Shown: positions 17,917-26,308, numbered from the stretch's first letter. The stretch: DNA of 64,000 bases from Patescibacteria group bacterium (GCA_050949505.1 JBMNFV010000001.1:573644-637643); one strand, 5' to 3'. Notes: generated by a model not told the origin, from the letters alone. Numbers and translations are program-made.

Positions 17917-19421
17917 GCGGGAATAAGTTTCTTTAGCTCTAGCCAAATAGCATACATCGCATAAGTATCTAGGGCACAATATTTTAATAGGTCGCCAATT
18001 GCCTTCTCCCTGCTAGGAGAAGCCGGTGCTCGTAAAACTTGTTGATACCAAGTGTCTGAGGCCGTACCACCTTCTTTTATCTCCAACCCCTCATAGCTTA
18101 ACTCGGGCACCATAACTGGTAGAACTTTTTTTATAGTCGTCTTCCCTTCAAAGCCCGGATGAACGTAATATTGTTTGGTAAACACATCAATTAGGTCATA
18201 GACTCGCTTATTTAGTCCTAATATAAATTGCTTCTCTTGTGGTAAAATTTTAGCCATCTCAATGTTACGACTATTTTCAAATCCTTTGTTCCAAACAATA
18301 ATCCGACCGACTGGACCAATGTTTTTTTTAAGTGCCGCTACTAACTCCGGAACTGGATCTTCAGGACTTAAGCTAAGAAACTCCGCGTGACGTACTTCCC
18401 CGCCTTCTTCCGTTAAAATATGAAGAGAGAACTGAAAGGTAATTTGCTGATAGGGATGGTAACCAGAAAACAAGGGGATAGCGGCCGCATAGGTTTCATA
18501 ATCAAGGAAATAGAGTGGGTATTCTAAATTAGATAACTCCGCCTTGATCGCAGGAAGGTCTATTATTGACTTCTGACTTTGATAAACATCAACCTGATTC
18601 CTTTGAATGACACTTAACTTAAACCCATCGGGAATATCATTTAAATCTAAGATCCCCGAGTCCACTAACTCGGTTAATTTTTTCTTGCTTGAACCTATCC
18701 GAGATAGGTCATGAACAGAATAGGCAGGTACTTCTGGATAGGAATAATTAAAAGTAGAACACTGATTACTTCTTCCAGAATAAAGACAAGTACAAGTGAG
18801 GGTCGCTTCATCGGTTTGGGAAAATTCAGCCAAAACCTTCTCCATTCGCAAGCGAGTATTAGTCTCCCGCTCTTTAACTGAATCAGTAATATCTTCTATT
18901 TTAAATAGCGACTCTAGCTCTATCTCTCCTTGTCTAACATAATCTTTGTTAAGGTGTATTAAAAAAACCTGATTTATTGGCAAACCAGTTTCTAATAAGA
19001 CCGCATACTGGAAAGTAGCATCTTCAATGTGGTCTAACTCCTTAACATTCTCTTTAATTGTATTAGTCCCCTTAATTTCATACAAATTCCAAGCCTGACT
19101 AGCTTCGTCATATTCTAATACATCATTTCTTACTAAAAATTTATCCTTCTTAAAGGTTGATTGAAAAATGACTGATTGTTTCTGATTTATTAATTCAACC
19201 GTCTCCCTAACCGCCTCAAGGTCACGACTCTCTATCAAGCGCCCCTTGGGAAAAAGCTTTCTAGCCCACTGTTCCACCAGATTACCGCTAGCCATCAAGC
19301 CTCGCTCAAAGGCCGATAAAGTAAATTGACTGGCTAATTCTGGCTGATTTAATTTTAGCCAAGCATTCTTGGGACAAGCAAGAAAATCTAAATAAATTGT
19401 TTTAGTAATATATTGAGACAT
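17913..19421 (-). CDS. DUF2779-type protein: Cas4/RecB-like PD-(D/E)xK nuclease fused to a DnaQ-like exonuclease-like domain
   Basis: 502-aa ORF. N-terminal YLDFLACPKNAWLK, EIKGT (ExK) and a C-x-C-x9-C cluster (LTCTCLYSGRSNQC) give a Cas4-like 1+3 cysteine pattern. The C-terminal half carries FLDYET (DxE) and CALDTYAMY motifs. Confidence 0.55.
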   Translation of the reverse strand: MSQYITKTIYLDFLACPKNAWLKLNQPELASQFTLSAFERGLMASGNLVEQWARKLFPKGRLIESRDLEAVRETVELINQKQSVIFQSTFKKDKFLVRNDVLEYDEASQAWNLYEIKGTNTIKENVKELDHIEDATFQYAVLLETGLPINQVFLIHLNKDYVRQGEIELESLFKIEDITDSVKERETNTRLRMEKVLAEFSQTDEATLTCTCLYSGRSNQCSTFNYSYPEVPAYSVHDLSRIGSSKKKLTELVDSGILDLNDIPDGFKLSVIQRNQVDVYQSQKSIIDLPAIKAELSNLEYPLYFLDYETYAAAIPLFSGYHPYQQITFQFSLHILTEEGGEVRHAEFLSLSPEDPVPELVAALKKNIGPVGRIIVWNKGFENSRNIEMAKILPQEKQFILGLNKRVYDLIDVFTKQYYVHPGFEGKTTIKKVLPVMVPELSYEGLEIKEGGTASDTWYQQVLRAPASPSREKAIGDLLKYCALDTYAMYAIWLELKKLIPA

Positions 19422-19472
19422 ACTCTTATTTTTATATAATTCTATTATACCACAAACCCCAATCTAGTAGTT

Positions 19473-19503
19473 AAAAGTAAAAAGCAGACAAATTAGTCTG
19501 CTT
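19473..19503 (-). terminator. Rho-independent terminator after tRNA-Trp
   Basis: Minus strand: AAGCAGAC-TAATTT-GTCTGCTT followed by TTTACTTTT. The stem sequence is the same as in the murF terminator. Confidence 0.45.
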
Positions 19504-19515
19504 AATAAATCTAAT

Positions 19516-19589
19516 TGGCACGGGCGGTAGGAATCGAACCCACGCTAAAGGTTTTGGAGACCTCGGTACTACCACTATACGACGCCCGC
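19516..19589 (-). tRNA. tRNA-Trp (anticodon CCA), 3' CCA encoded
   Basis: Minus strand: GCGGGCGTCGTATAGTGGTAGTACCGAGGTCTCCAAAACCTTTAGCGTGGGTTCGATTCCTACCGCCCGTGCCA. Folds as a cloverleaf by hand, with anticodon loop CTCCAAA. Confidence 0.9.
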
Positions 19590-19644
19590 TTAACTTTAAG
19601 GTCATTCTACTACTATTTAGCTTTAATTACAAGGGAGGGATAAT

Positions 19645-19670
19645 AAAAAAACCGCAAGTCTAACTTGCGG
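19645..19670 (-). terminator. Rho-independent terminator of orphan gene 19677-20291
   Basis: Minus strand: CCGCAAGT-TAG-ACTTGCGG followed by T7, starting 7 nt after the stop codon. Confidence 0.6.
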
Positions 19671-19676
19671 CTATCG

Positions 19677-20291
19677 CTACCAAGGATAATAACCAATTTT
19701 CAGGGCTGCTTGAAAATCACGCAGCTCTTGTTCCAGAGAGAATCTCAATTCTCCATCCTCTTTAAAGAGAAGGTCGTAATAATACCGATGCAACTCTTTA
19801 TAAATCATCATTAAGAGCTCTCTAGCCCGATTGTCTTGAGGATACACTTCTTTGATAACTTTTCTAACAATAACTAGATCTTTAGATCTTTTTTTAACTA
19901 CTGCTAGAAAATATGCATTAGTCCAAAAAGCAACCCCTTGAGAAATAAAGGCCCTTTTAAATATTGCCCGAACATCAGCTTTACCTGCTCCTGACAAATT
20001 ATCATAACAGGCAAGCACCTCAGACAAGTTTTCCATGGACATTAGTTCTGTTAAGTGCCCAGAAATCATCCTTATTTCCCTCGCTCCCTCAAAAACTCCT
20101 GCTGGAGTTCTCCTAATTGAGACCAAGAACTTGATCAGATCTTTGTCTCGGATCGCCTCTAGGATAGCAACTTTAGTGGTTGCTGCTCTAGCAAGCCTTG
20201 AGACAAAAACAATGCCCGTTCCTAATAGCACTATAACTATTAGCCAGGTCGGCATCAGCCACCCATAATTCTCTGTAAAAAATACTTGCAT
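19677..20291 (-). CDS. Orphan membrane-anchored protein, no recognisable family
   Basis: 204-aa ORF with one N-terminal TM helix (WLMPTWLIVIVLLGTGIVFV) and a helical remainder. It has its own strong SD (GGGAGGGGG), an upstream 18-nt motif and its own terminator. Confidence 0.5.
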   Translation of the reverse strand: MQVFFTENYGWLMPTWLIVIVLLGTGIVFVSRLARAATTKVAILEAIRDKDLIKFLVSIRRTPAGVFEGAREIRMISGHLTELMSMENLSEVLACYDNLSGAGKADVRAIFKRAFISQGVAFWTNAYFLAVVKKRSKDLVIVRKVIKEVYPQDNRARELLMMIYKELHRYYYDLLFKEDGELRFSLEQELRDFQAALKIGYYPW

Positions 20292-20320
20292 AATCTCGCC
20301 CCCTCCCTTGGGCCTTTATA

Positions 20321-20338
20321 TTTAATTGTTAAATAACT
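20321..20338 (-). promoter_or_regulatory. 18-nt motif AGTTATTTAACAATTAAA (minus strand), copy 1
   Basis: The plus strand reads TTTAATTGTTAAATAACT, identical to 51421-51438. It ends 29 nt upstream of the orphan ATG at 20291 and contains the inverted repeat TTTAA-N3-TTAAA. Confidence 0.35.
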
Positions 20339-20343
20339 GAAAT

Positions 20344-21504
20344 TTAACGCTGAAATCTTTTAGGTAGCCACCAGGGCTTCTTTGTTTCTTTTTCAGCCTC
20401 TCCTGCTAAAATTCTTTGTGACTCTTTCTTTAGCTCCCGACAATCACTTCCGTCTAAAGAATCACAAAACTCTAATTCGTAAATATGAAAAACTGTGACC
20501 ATTAAGGCGATAATTAGAGGACCAACTATTATTCCCCAGAAGCCAAATAATGTTAAGCCTCCGAGAATGGAAAATAGGACAAAGATGGGATTAACCTCAG
20601 CATCATCTTTGATCATTAAGGCCCTGATAACATTATCGATCGTCCCGATAATTAAGGCTCCCCAAGCGAGAATAAAAATTCCCTCTCTGATGTCTCCTGA
20701 TAAGAGATAAAATATTCCCACGGGCACATAAAAAATCATTGAACCCACATAAGGCAGGAGTGATAGTAGGGCGACTAGAACTCCAGCCAGTAGTGGCGGA
20801 AAGCCCACTATCCAAAAACCAATTGCGCCCACCACTCCCTGTCCAGCTGCGGCAACGAAAGTGGAGATAAAAATGGAATAACTAACTTTACGGAATTTAT
20901 TAAAAATTACCCGATCATGGTCATTAGACAGAGGCGATAACAACATAATTCGCTTAAGAATCTTAGGTCCATCAACAAAGAAAAAGAACATGGATAAGAC
21001 AATAAAGACTAAGGAGATAATAAATTTAGTCGTTTCCCTAAAAATTGCCACGGCTCCCGTTAAAAATATCCCACTAACCTTCTTAGAAATTTCTAAAATA
21101 GTACTCTGAAAAGCCTCGCTACCAGTATTAATCTTCTCTAGTCCTAAATACTGCAAGGGAGAGTCTTGAATAATGCTTTGATCAAAAAGATCGCCAAAGG
21201 AATTGTTTTCAAAAAAAGTCACTGTATTACTATACAGATCTAATGACTTTTGTCCCCCGAAAGAAATTAATTTAACCACCGGAATAATTACTACCAAGAC
21301 CAACAAGAGGCACATAATTAGGGCCGCCAAATTTCTTCTCCCCTTCATTGCCTTAACTAAATACTCAAAGGGTGAATAAAAGACAGACACTAATATAGTG
21401 GCCACTAATACTTCTAATAAGAATGGGCGGAAAATTAAATAAGCCAAAAAAAGAACCCCGGCCACTAAAATAATAAGAAATGGCTTAGCTAAATTTTTGG
21501 TCAT
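20344..21504 (-). CDS. AI-2E family transporter (PerM/YhhT-like permease)
   Basis: 386-aa polytopic membrane ORF with AI-2E-like topology and conserved C-terminal helices (LLSLLPYVG, GGLTLFGFWGIIVGP). Confidence 0.75.
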   Translation of the reverse strand: MTKNLAKPFLIILVAGVLFLAYLIFRPFLLEVLVATILVSVFYSPFEYLVKAMKGRRNLAALIMCLLLVLVVIIPVVKLISFGGQKSLDLYSNTVTFFENNSFGDLFDQSIIQDSPLQYLGLEKINTGSEAFQSTILEISKKVSGIFLTGAVAIFRETTKFIISLVFIVLSMFFFFVDGPKILKRIMLLSPLSNDHDRVIFNKFRKVSYSIFISTFVAAAGQGVVGAIGFWIVGFPPLLAGVLVALLSLLPYVGSMIFYVPVGIFYLLSGDIREGIFILAWGALIIGTIDNVIRALMIKDDAEVNPIFVLFSILGGLTLFGFWGIIVGPLIIALMVTVFHIYELEFCDSLDGSDCRELKKESQRILAGEAEKETKKPWWLPKRFQR

Positions 21505-21519
21505 AATTAAGAAAATTAA

Positions 21520-21675
21520 TTATTTAGTTTCCTTGTGAAGCGTGTGAGTTTTACACTGATTGCAATATTTTTTCATCTCCAAGCGCTCCTTGAGAGTTTT
21601 TTTATTTTTTCGCGAATGATAATTTGTCGTCTTACAAACTGTACACTCCAATTTAATCATGTTGTCTTGTGACAT
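21520..21675 (-). CDS. rpmG: 50S ribosomal protein L33
   Basis: [51 protein letters not shown]: the zinc-ribbon form of L33. I start at the ATG at 21675; the upstream extension to 21750 looks spurious. Confidence 0.85.
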   Translation of the reverse strand: MSQDNMIKLECTVCKTTNYHSRKNKKTLKERLEMKKYCNQCKTHTLHKETK

Positions 21676-21766
21676 ATTTTTCTTAAAATTAATTAAACTT
21701 TTTTGACTCAATCTACCTTCAACCTTATATAAAAATTGGCTAATTGTCAACTAGAGCCCTCATTCT

Positions 21767-22642
21767 TCATTTCTGACAAGTCGGACAATAATGCGTTCCC
21801 CGCCCTCCTAGTTTTACCTTAACTATTATGTCTCCGCAGCAAAAACAGCTCTGTCCCTGACGACCATAAACTTGTAAAAATCTTAAAAAGTTTCCCGACC
21901 GTCCTTGGGTGTCTATAAAGTCACTAAAGGTGGTTCCTCGGTATTTAATCGCCTTAGCAATTATACGCCTAATCGCTAACCGTAAACTTTTAATTTCTGC
22001 TGTTGTTAAGCTGGCTGAGACTCTGTCTGGTCTAATTTTAGCTAAAAACAAACTTTCATCAACATAAATATTGCCTAGTCCGGCAATAACTCGCTGATTT
22101 AACAATAGGGGCTTTATCTTAATGGTTCTTTTTTCCAATTGTTGACTTAAATAGTTAACACTAAACTCCGCCTCCAAGGGCTCTGGCCCATAATTATTAG
22201 CTAATATTTTTTCCAGTTCCTGACTATCTACCACCTTTAAATAGCCGAACTTTCTTAAGTCATTAAAAAATAATCTCTGCTGGTTATTTAAATAGAGAAT
22301 GACTCGGGTGTGCTGATTGGGCAAAGGACCACCAACTGCTTTCTCTCTATCAACTTCACTAGTACTATGTCCTCCATAAATAGTCTGCCTAGATTGCTGA
22401 TAAATTAACTGACCAGTCATCTTAAGATGAATTAAAAGTTGGGCTTGATTACTGAGGGAAAAAATTAATAACTTACCCCGGCGAGTCAGAGAGATTATTT
22501 TCTGATCAATAATTTTCTTTTTTAAAAAAGCCGCACTAGGTTGAGCGGTCTTTTGGTTCAAGATTTTTATATTAACAAACTTCTTTCCCAACAAGCCTTG
22601 TAGGTCTTGTCTAATAGTTTCCACTTCTGGTAATTCAGGCAT
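21767..22642 (-). CDS. mutM: Formamidopyrimidine-DNA glycosylase
   Basis: 291-aa ORF. MPELPEVE start (catalytic Pro2/Glu3), H2TH region and a C-terminal CxxC..CxxC zinc finger. Confidence 0.9.
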   Translation of the reverse strand: MPELPEVETIRQDLQGLLGKKFVNIKILNQKTAQPSAAFLKKKIIDQKIISLTRRGKLLIFSLSNQAQLLIHLKMTGQLIYQQSRQTIYGGHSTSEVDREKAVGGPLPNQHTRVILYLNNQQRLFFNDLRKFGYLKVVDSQELEKILANNYGPEPLEAEFSVNYLSQQLEKRTIKIKPLLLNQRVIAGLGNIYVDESLFLAKIRPDRVSASLTTAEIKSLRLAIRRIIAKAIKYRGTTFSDFIDTQGRSGNFLRFLQVYGRQGQSCFCCGDIIVKVKLGGRGTHYCPTCQK

Positions 22643-22645
22643 AAG

Positions 22646-22750
22646 CTAAAAAGCGAGCAGAATAGCAACAACAATCGCCAGGACCAAAAAGAGGACAACA
22701 AATATTCTGACTAAACTCCAACCTAATTTGTCGGGATTAAAGATTGCCAT
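22646..22750 (-). CDS. Possible 34-aa hydrophobic micro-protein
   Basis: Own translation: MAIFNPDKLGWSLVRIFVVLFLVLAIVVAILLAF, a single TM helix. It ends 3 nt before the mutM ATG. Too short for the ORF track. Confidence 0.25.
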   Translation of the reverse strand: MAIFNPDKLGWSLVRIFVVLFLVLAIVVAILLAF

Positions 22751-22758
22751 AATTTAGG

Positions 22759-22841
22759 TGGGCCGAGTAGGATTCGAACCTACGAAGGCAAATGCCAGCG
22801 GATTTACAGTCCGCCCCAGTTGACCGCTTTGGTATCGACCC
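22759..22841 (-). tRNA. tRNA-Tyr (anticodon GTA), long variable arm
   Basis: Minus strand: GGGTCGATACCAAAGCGGTCAACTGGGGCGGACTGTAAATCCGCTGGCATTTGCCTTCGTAGGTTCGAATCCTACTCGGCCCA. Anticodon loop CTGTAAA. CCA is not encoded. Confidence 0.9.
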
Positions 22842-22899
22842 TGATAAATAACTAAGCTCTATAATAAGAAATAAAAAACCTTCTGTCAAACAGTCATCA

Positions 22900-23628
22900 C
22901 TACTTTACTATCGTAATCAAGACCTGAACTAAAGCGTAAGATAAAAATACTGCCGCTAATCCCAAAACTGACCACACGATAATATTCATGCTCTTCTTAA
23001 CCTTCTCTGGATTACCACTAGATACCATCCACGAAATTCCTCCATAAATGAGCATAATCAAGGCCAATGTTCCCACCAAGCCCATTACATAATTAATTAC
23101 CTTACCAATCAAAACATTAGGAGAACTAACTCCAGATAAGGGATTAGGAAAAGTAAAATCAAAACTAATTGCCGGAAGAGAGGGAACGGTAGAACCAGTT
23201 GACTTTTTCTCTTCAGCTTCTTTTTTTTCTTCAACTTCTTTTTCTTCCTCAGTTGTATTAGTAGCTACCTGGCCATCAATAACCGTGGGGATATTTAAGC
23301 CTTCTATCCATTCACAAAGTCTATTTTTTCCTGAAAAATCATATTTTTTATCACAATCTTCTTTTGTTCTTATGCTTCTACAACCAGCTGAATCAATCTT
23401 TGCATAACAAACGTGGGTCCCTGCTAGTCCAGAGCCTACTAGCTCAGATGAACAACTACTATCCTCCACGCAACTCGTAGGAACCCCAGATAAGTAAATA
23501 CAACTACTACCTGTTGGTTGGCATACTTGAGCCTCAGTGATAGCTGGGAGAGTTCCTAGAACTAAGACTCCCATAAAGATAATGACTTTAATGGTCTTGG
23601 TTAATTTGAAATTAAGTCTCTTGTTCAT
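22900..23628 (-). CDS. T4SS-pilin-like (TrbC/VirB2-type) membrane protein with a Cys-rich N-terminal ectodomain
   Basis: 242-aa ORF. Signal peptide, a ~75-aa domain with 10 Cys, an E/K-rich linker, then PNPL..VINYVMGLVGTLALIMLIYGGISWMVSSGNPEKVKKSMNIIVWSVLGLAAVFLSYALV, paralogous to the neighbouring gene. Confidence 0.5.
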   Translation of the reverse strand: MNKRLNFKLTKTIKVIIFMGVLVLGTLPAITEAQVCQPTGSSCIYLSGVPTSCVEDSSCSSELVGSGLAGTHVCYAKIDSAGCRSIRTKEDCDKKYDFSGKNRLCEWIEGLNIPTVIDGQVATNTTEEEKEVEEKKEAEEKKSTGSTVPSLPAISFDFTFPNPLSGVSSPNVLIGKVINYVMGLVGTLALIMLIYGGISWMVSSGNPEKVKKSMNIIVWSVLGLAAVFLSYALVQVLITIVK

Positions 23629-23638
23629 ATTTAGTTAA

Positions 23639-23971
23639 CTAATTCATAATTCCAATAACCACTCGGACTAAGGCATAGGAGGAGAAGATAACAAACAGCC
23701 CAATTGCGGCCCACATAAAGATATTTCTTCCCTGCTTAACTTTCTCCGGATTACCCGCTGATAACATCCAAGTTAGTCCACCGTAAATAAACATGGCCAA
23801 GGCAATTGAACCAATTAATCCCATGGCGGAATTAATTACCCTGCCTATCATCACTTGAATAGATGTCCCGCTCGTGCCTAAGGGATTGGGAAGGTTGGTG
23901 GATTGCGCTCTAGCCATTTGGGTAAATAAAAAACTAAAAATAGTATTTAGGCTGATAAGTAATTTTTTCAT
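23639..23971 (-). CDS. T4SS-pilin-like (TrbC/VirB2-type) small membrane protein
   Basis: 110 aa from the ATG at 23971. Signal peptide, PNPLGTSGTS, then two TM helices flanking SAGNPEKVKQGRN. This pattern is typical of the pilin-like family common in CPR and Gram-positive conjugation loci. Confidence 0.55.
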   Translation of the reverse strand: MKKLLISLNTIFSFLFTQMARAQSTNLPNPLGTSGTSIQVMIGRVINSAMGLIGSIALAMFIYGGLTWMLSAGNPEKVKQGRNIFMWAAIGLFVIFSSYALVRVVIGIMN

Positions 23972-24055
23972 GTTTTTTAAAAAAATAAACAAACTCTTAA
24001 CATTTCTATTATACCATTAATTAATAGCAAATAGAAGGAAAATAATATCAAACTC

Positions 24056-25240
24056 TTAACTTATTTTCAAAAACTTTAGCTTCCCTTTTTGGAGCACATC
24101 CCCTGATGTCATTTGAAAGTCTAGGTCTGCCACTACTTCATTATTAACCTTTACTCCCCCTTGACTAAGCAGCCGCCTAGCCTCTGACTTAGAGTTAGCT
24201 AAACCTGCCTCAACCAAGACTTCTATTAACTTATAATCACTGGGAGTAAATTCTTCTAGTTCGTCCGGAGTTTCTTTGTTGGAAATAGTTTTAATAAAAT
24301 AGGCTTGGGCCGCCTCGGCTTGAGGCGCCGAGTGGTAGGTTTTGGTTAGCTCAAAGGCCAGCTTCATTTTTAACTCACGAGGATTAAGTCCTTGAGCCAA
24401 GTCTTGCTCATAGCCCTTGATGGTGACCAAATCAACCCTAGTTGTTAGTCTGAAGTATTTAATAATCAGCTCATCCTGAAGGGACATTATTTTTCCATAC
24501 ATCTCCTCTGGAGCATCAGTTAAATTAACGGTATTGCCATAACTAGAACTCATTTTCCGTCCATCTAAACCCTCTATTAATGGTCCAGTTATAATATCTT
24601 GCGGCTCTTGGCCATAGGCTCGCTGCAAGTCTCGCCCAGCTAATAAATTAAAGCGCTGATCACTGCCGCCGAGCTCAACGTCGGCTTTAACCTTAACCGA
24701 GTCATAGCCTTGCATTAGGGGATATAATAATTCTCGTAAAGAAACTCGCTTCCCTGCCTCTAAGCGACGCTTGATATTGTCTCGGGAAATAAACTCATTC
24801 AGGGAGAATTGATTAGCTTGAAAGCCTATATCTAAATACTTTAATTCTTCTAACCAGTCTCCATTATAATGAATTTCGGCCCGGTTAATATCAATAATCT
24901 TAGCCGCTTGAGCAACATAGCTTTGCAAATTACGCTTAACTTGTTCTTCGGCTAACATAGGTCGCTCACTATCCTTATCTGAAGTATCACCAATTAAGCC
25001 TGTAAAATTACCAATAATCAAAACTACTTGATGCCCTAGGTCTTGAAAATCCTTTAATTTTAATAACGGAATGGACCGTCCTAAGTGAATATTGGGGCTA
25101 GTTGGATCGATGCCCAACTTAACTCGTAAGGGACGACCATTTTTTAAGCGCTCCGTTAAGTGCTCTCGGTCTATTATTTCCTCCACTCCTCTAGTTAGGA
25201 TTGTTTCTATTGCTAGCTCGGTTGACTTTTTTTTGTCCAT
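24056..25240 (-). CDS. tyrS: Tyrosyl-tRNA synthetase
   Basis: 394 aa from the ATG at 25240. HIGH-type PNIHLGR, KMSSS and a C-terminal S4 domain. The 25-codon extension to 25315 overlaps a terminator and is rejected. Confidence 0.9.
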   Translation of the reverse strand: MDKKKSTELAIETILTRGVEEIIDREHLTERLKNGRPLRVKLGIDPTSPNIHLGRSIPLLKLKDFQDLGHQVVLIIGNFTGLIGDTSDKDSERPMLAEEQVKRNLQSYVAQAAKIIDINRAEIHYNGDWLEELKYLDIGFQANQFSLNEFISRDNIKRRLEAGKRVSLRELLYPLMQGYDSVKVKADVELGGSDQRFNLLAGRDLQRAYGQEPQDIITGPLIEGLDGRKMSSSYGNTVNLTDAPEEMYGKIMSLQDELIIKYFRLTTRVDLVTIKGYEQDLAQGLNPRELKMKLAFELTKTYHSAPQAEAAQAYFIKTISNKETPDELEEFTPSDYKLIEVLVEAGLANSKSEARRLLSQGGVKVNNEVVADLDFQMTSGDVLQKGKLKFLKIS

Positions 25241-25313
25241 AAAATTAGATCTAACTAAGGTTATAATTAGTAATATAACTAGCTTAAATATATCATTTAG
25301 ACAAGCTGAAGTC

Positions 25314-25341
25314 AAAAAAAATCAAGCCTTTAAGCTTGATT
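25314..25341 (-). terminator. Rho-independent terminator after tRNA-Thr
   Basis: Minus strand: AATCAAGC-TTAAAG-GCTTGATT followed by T7. Confidence 0.55.
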
Positions 25342-25400
25342 ATCTTAACGTACGTGATTAACACTCATTAGCTAAATTCTATCAACTTGTTTATTCACTG

Positions 25401-25473
25401 AGCCGTTGACCGGGCTTGAACCGGTGACCTTCTCCTTACCATGGAGATGCTCTACCAACTGAGCTACAACGGC
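25401..25473 (-). tRNA. tRNA-Thr (anticodon GGT)
   Basis: Minus strand: GCCGTTGTAGCTCAGTTGGTAGAGCATCTCCATGGTAAGGAGAAGGTCACCGGTTCAAGCCCGGTCAACGGCT. Anticodon loop ATGGTAA. Confidence 0.9.
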
Positions 25474-25482
25474 TAACTATAA

Positions 25483-26289
25483 TTACAGGCGATCGATTTG
25501 CTCTTGCCAGTCAACTAACTTCTGATTATCAGGATTAACTGCCGTTAATCTGTCTAGAGCTAATTGAGCCTGTAGCTTATCTTTTTTTATTATACTTAAA
25601 TTCAAAATTAAATCAAGGTAGCGCGGACTACTCGGCTCATACTCTAGAGCCTCCTTAATATTATCTAGGGCTAAATCTAAATTATCTGTAGCCTCTGCTA
25701 GCTTAGCGAGGGAAAAATATATCTCTTGAATAGTTACTGCTAAGTCTGTTATTGCTTGACGCTTAGCTTGCTTAGCTATCTTAAGCGCGTGCTCATAGGT
25801 TTGCCTAGCTTCACTCCAACGTTTTTCAGCTTCATAAACATTAGCTAACTCAAAAAAGGCCCGAAGATTTTGCTGGTCTTGAGAGATAACTGCTAATAGT
25901 TTTTCTTCAGCCTTTTCCCAATCTTCTTCTTTTTCTAGCTTCTCATATTCTAAAAATAGTTGGTCCAATAGTTCATCTTTTTCAGTAGTAGCCAGTTGCT
26001 CAGAAATTTGTTGACTAGTCTTTATTTTCTTTAACCTCTTATGAGCTGCCTGTAGAAACTCACTTAGCTGATCGCTAAGAGATAATAATCTTTTAACTAG
26101 ACGACCACTTAACTGAAAAATATCTCGCTCCACTTTCTGCCTAATTATTTTATGCTTAAACTTTGTTTCTTTTTCTTGATAAATGTTCTCAGTATCTAGT
26201 ATTGCTAAAACTGGAAACTTCCTAATAATGATTACTAAGAGAACAATTAAAGCAATAATAATTAATATCCAAGAGATTGTGATTAACAT
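25483..26289 (-). CDS. Membrane-anchored TPR-repeat protein
   Basis: 268-aa ORF. N-terminal TM helix, charged coiled region and C-terminal TPR-like repeats (AFFELANVYEAEKRWSEARQTYEHALKI, ALDNIKEALEYEP). Confidence 0.55.
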   Translation of the reverse strand: MLITISWILIIIALIVLLVIIIRKFPVLAILDTENIYQEKETKFKHKIIRQKVERDIFQLSGRLVKRLLSLSDQLSEFLQAAHKRLKKIKTSQQISEQLATTEKDELLDQLFLEYEKLEKEEDWEKAEEKLLAVISQDQQNLRAFFELANVYEAEKRWSEARQTYEHALKIAKQAKRQAITDLAVTIQEIYFSLAKLAEATDNLDLALDNIKEALEYEPSSPRYLDLILNLSIIKKDKLQAQLALDRLTAVNPDNQKLVDWQEQIDRL

Positions 26290-26308
26290 AAATAAGACTC
26301 CTTAAACT

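Noticed and set aside
22759-25240. Functional link or T-box control between tRNA-Tyr(GTA) and tyrS 1.2 kb away
   Set aside because: There is no T-box leader (no specifier loop or conserved T-box sequence) upstream of tyrS. The two are separated by the pilin-like genes, and the proximity is probably coincidental.
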